Below, in pieces: positions 62,301-64,000 of a DNA stretch of 64,000 nucleotides (positions are counted from its first letter, which is position 1; each line of letters opens with the position of its first letter). The stretch is taken from positions 44,580,001 to 44,644,000 of the forward strand of contig NC_087447.1 in assembly GCF_036321535.1 (NCBI RefSeq). Reading direction: 5' to 3'. The DNA is from Camelus dromedarius (taxonomy: Eukaryota). The notes under the pieces were generated by a model. It had not been told where the DNA came from, did not search any database, and saw only the letters and a list, made by a program, of their open reading frames with translations. Made by a program: the position numbers and the translations under genes.

Positions 62301-64000
62301 GAAGAAGAAGAATTTAGAAGTGATCCAGTTGGGGGCGGGGAGGACTCAACCCCACCTTCTGGCCCTGAGGAATGTGGAGTATGAGATGAAAACCACTCTA
62401 ACCTCAAGGAGACTGCAGAGGAAACTAGGTCACAAAGAAGTTAATATTTGTGAAGCACTTAGAATCGTGCCTGGCACATAGTGTTGGTTAAATACATAAA
62501 AATTAATTAATTCAGATGGAGAGATGTAGAGAACTTTCAGAGAAGAGATAGAGGACGTGGGAAAGTTTGCACTATGCAGATCTTCCCTCCACAAGTTTGT
62601 AGTCTCTGAACACAGCTGCCGACAGCCTGTTTCTAGTAAGATTCCTCCCCTCCCTGTTCTCCAGGACCACCCCGCCCCTTTACTTTCAGCAGCTGATCTT
62701 GCCTGAGGCAAGCTAGGCATCCTCTACTTTTGCCCCCCTGTGCTCAAGTACATCTACCTCTCTTTTCTCTTCCCTCCATCCAGAGGATGGGGTCCACTCC
62801 CCATCTTCAGGCCAGCCTGAGCCACTCTCCCATCCCCAGATCTTGTCCCATGTCTCTTAGTCTTCTCCCCCTCTCCTTCTCTACTCGCTCCTCAATTTAT
62901 AAACATGCTCCATGCTCCCATTACACACAGATAAGAACTCCCCCTTGTCCCTTTGTCTCTCCCAGCTGCCAGCCAGTCCCTCAACCTCCTCAGTCAAACT
63001 GCCAACCTCCCATTCACTCCTCAACTGGCAACAGTGAGCCTGCCTTCTGCCACCACTCCACTCACTCTTTTCCTTACAGATAAAAGTACTCTTACAGTTG
63101 CCAAATTCAACGGGCATATTCCAGTCCGTCCCTTCCCTGACTCTTAGCTGCTTTTGCCGCTGACGACGACTTATTCTCTTCTTCTGGAACTGCATGCTCA
63201 CTTTGCTGCCCTGACATTGTCTTTGCTTCTGCCTCTCTGCTCGTTCTTTGCTCTCCTCATTCAGTACTTGCTGAGTGCTCTGTCCTGCTCTAGGCACTGT
63301 ATGCCCCTTCTTGGCGACCACATCCTCTCCCATGGCTACAGAGGCCATCTAAATGTTGATGACCTTTCCATACTCATCTCTAACCTGGCTTCTTCCCAAT
63401 TACTGGTCCCCTCTGCCCAGATGTCCCACTGTTTCAGTAAACTCAACCAGGTCAATGCTGAACTTCCCTATTAACCACTCCTCTTTCTATGTTTCTCATC
63501 GTGGTGACTGTCACCACCATCCACTCAGTTACCTAAGCTAGGAATCTGGGAGGGAACACTCATGTCTCACTCCCCGTATCTAATCAAACAGCACCTCCTG
63601 CTGGCTGTACTTCTTAAATACTTCTCAAATTTGTTCCACCTTGGCCTTCTCAAATTGCTATTGCCTAGATCCAGGTCTGCCTCACCTCTTGCCTAGACTA
63701 TTGCAAGAGTGTCTTGGTTAAGCACATGCTTTGCCTTGGGTCTGGCTCCAGTGCTCACTAGCTTTGTTACCCTGGACCACTTACCCTTTCCGAGTCCATT
63801 AACAAACAGAGCGCTTAATAAATGGCAGTTGGATGCTGGGGATGCTGCTGCTGCTACCCCTTATCTGCTGTCTCATCACCTTCACCTTCACCCTCTGCGC
63901 AGAGGCAGTGAAGGGGAGTTTGACAAAGTGTAGAGCTGGCGATACCGTGCTCCTGCAACTCCCTAGTGCTGTTGGGGTAACTTCTAAACTCCTTGGTGTG

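Noticed and set aside
1..64000. CRISPR arrays, operons or other prokaryotic systems
   Set aside because: The window is spliced mammalian DNA, and no regularly spaced repeat-spacer structure was seen.

Overview
Mammalian genomic DNA, probably camelid (inferred from tRNA-derived SINEs resembling the camelid vic-1 family). It holds the conserved gene block DNHD1 (-), TIMM10B (-), ARFIP2 (+), TRIM3 (+). Exon structures were reconstructed by hand. DNHD1: 5' part only, 14 coding exons, 3043 nt (1014 codons plus 1 nt) in one frame, running off the left edge. TIMM10B: complete, 3 exons, 103 aa. ARFIP2: complete, 7 coding exons, 341 aa, head-to-head with TIMM10B across a short promoter with repeated ETS/CRE motifs. 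TRIM3: CpG-island first exon and first coding (RING) exon. Introns and intergenic DNA are rich in SINE, L1, L2, MIR, LTR and DNA-transposon remnants. I found no wholly new biological system. The best leads are a CpG-decayed mitochondrial 16S rRNA NUMT carrying a 9-codon SHLP6-like ORF, an 88-nt DNHD1 intron whose human counterpart I recall as coding, a probable GC-AG intron, a longer DNHD1 N-terminus with a uORF, exon starts that regenerate 5' splice sites, and an in-frame upstream ATG in TRIM3. Gene, orthologue and repeat-family names come from memory, not from database searches.
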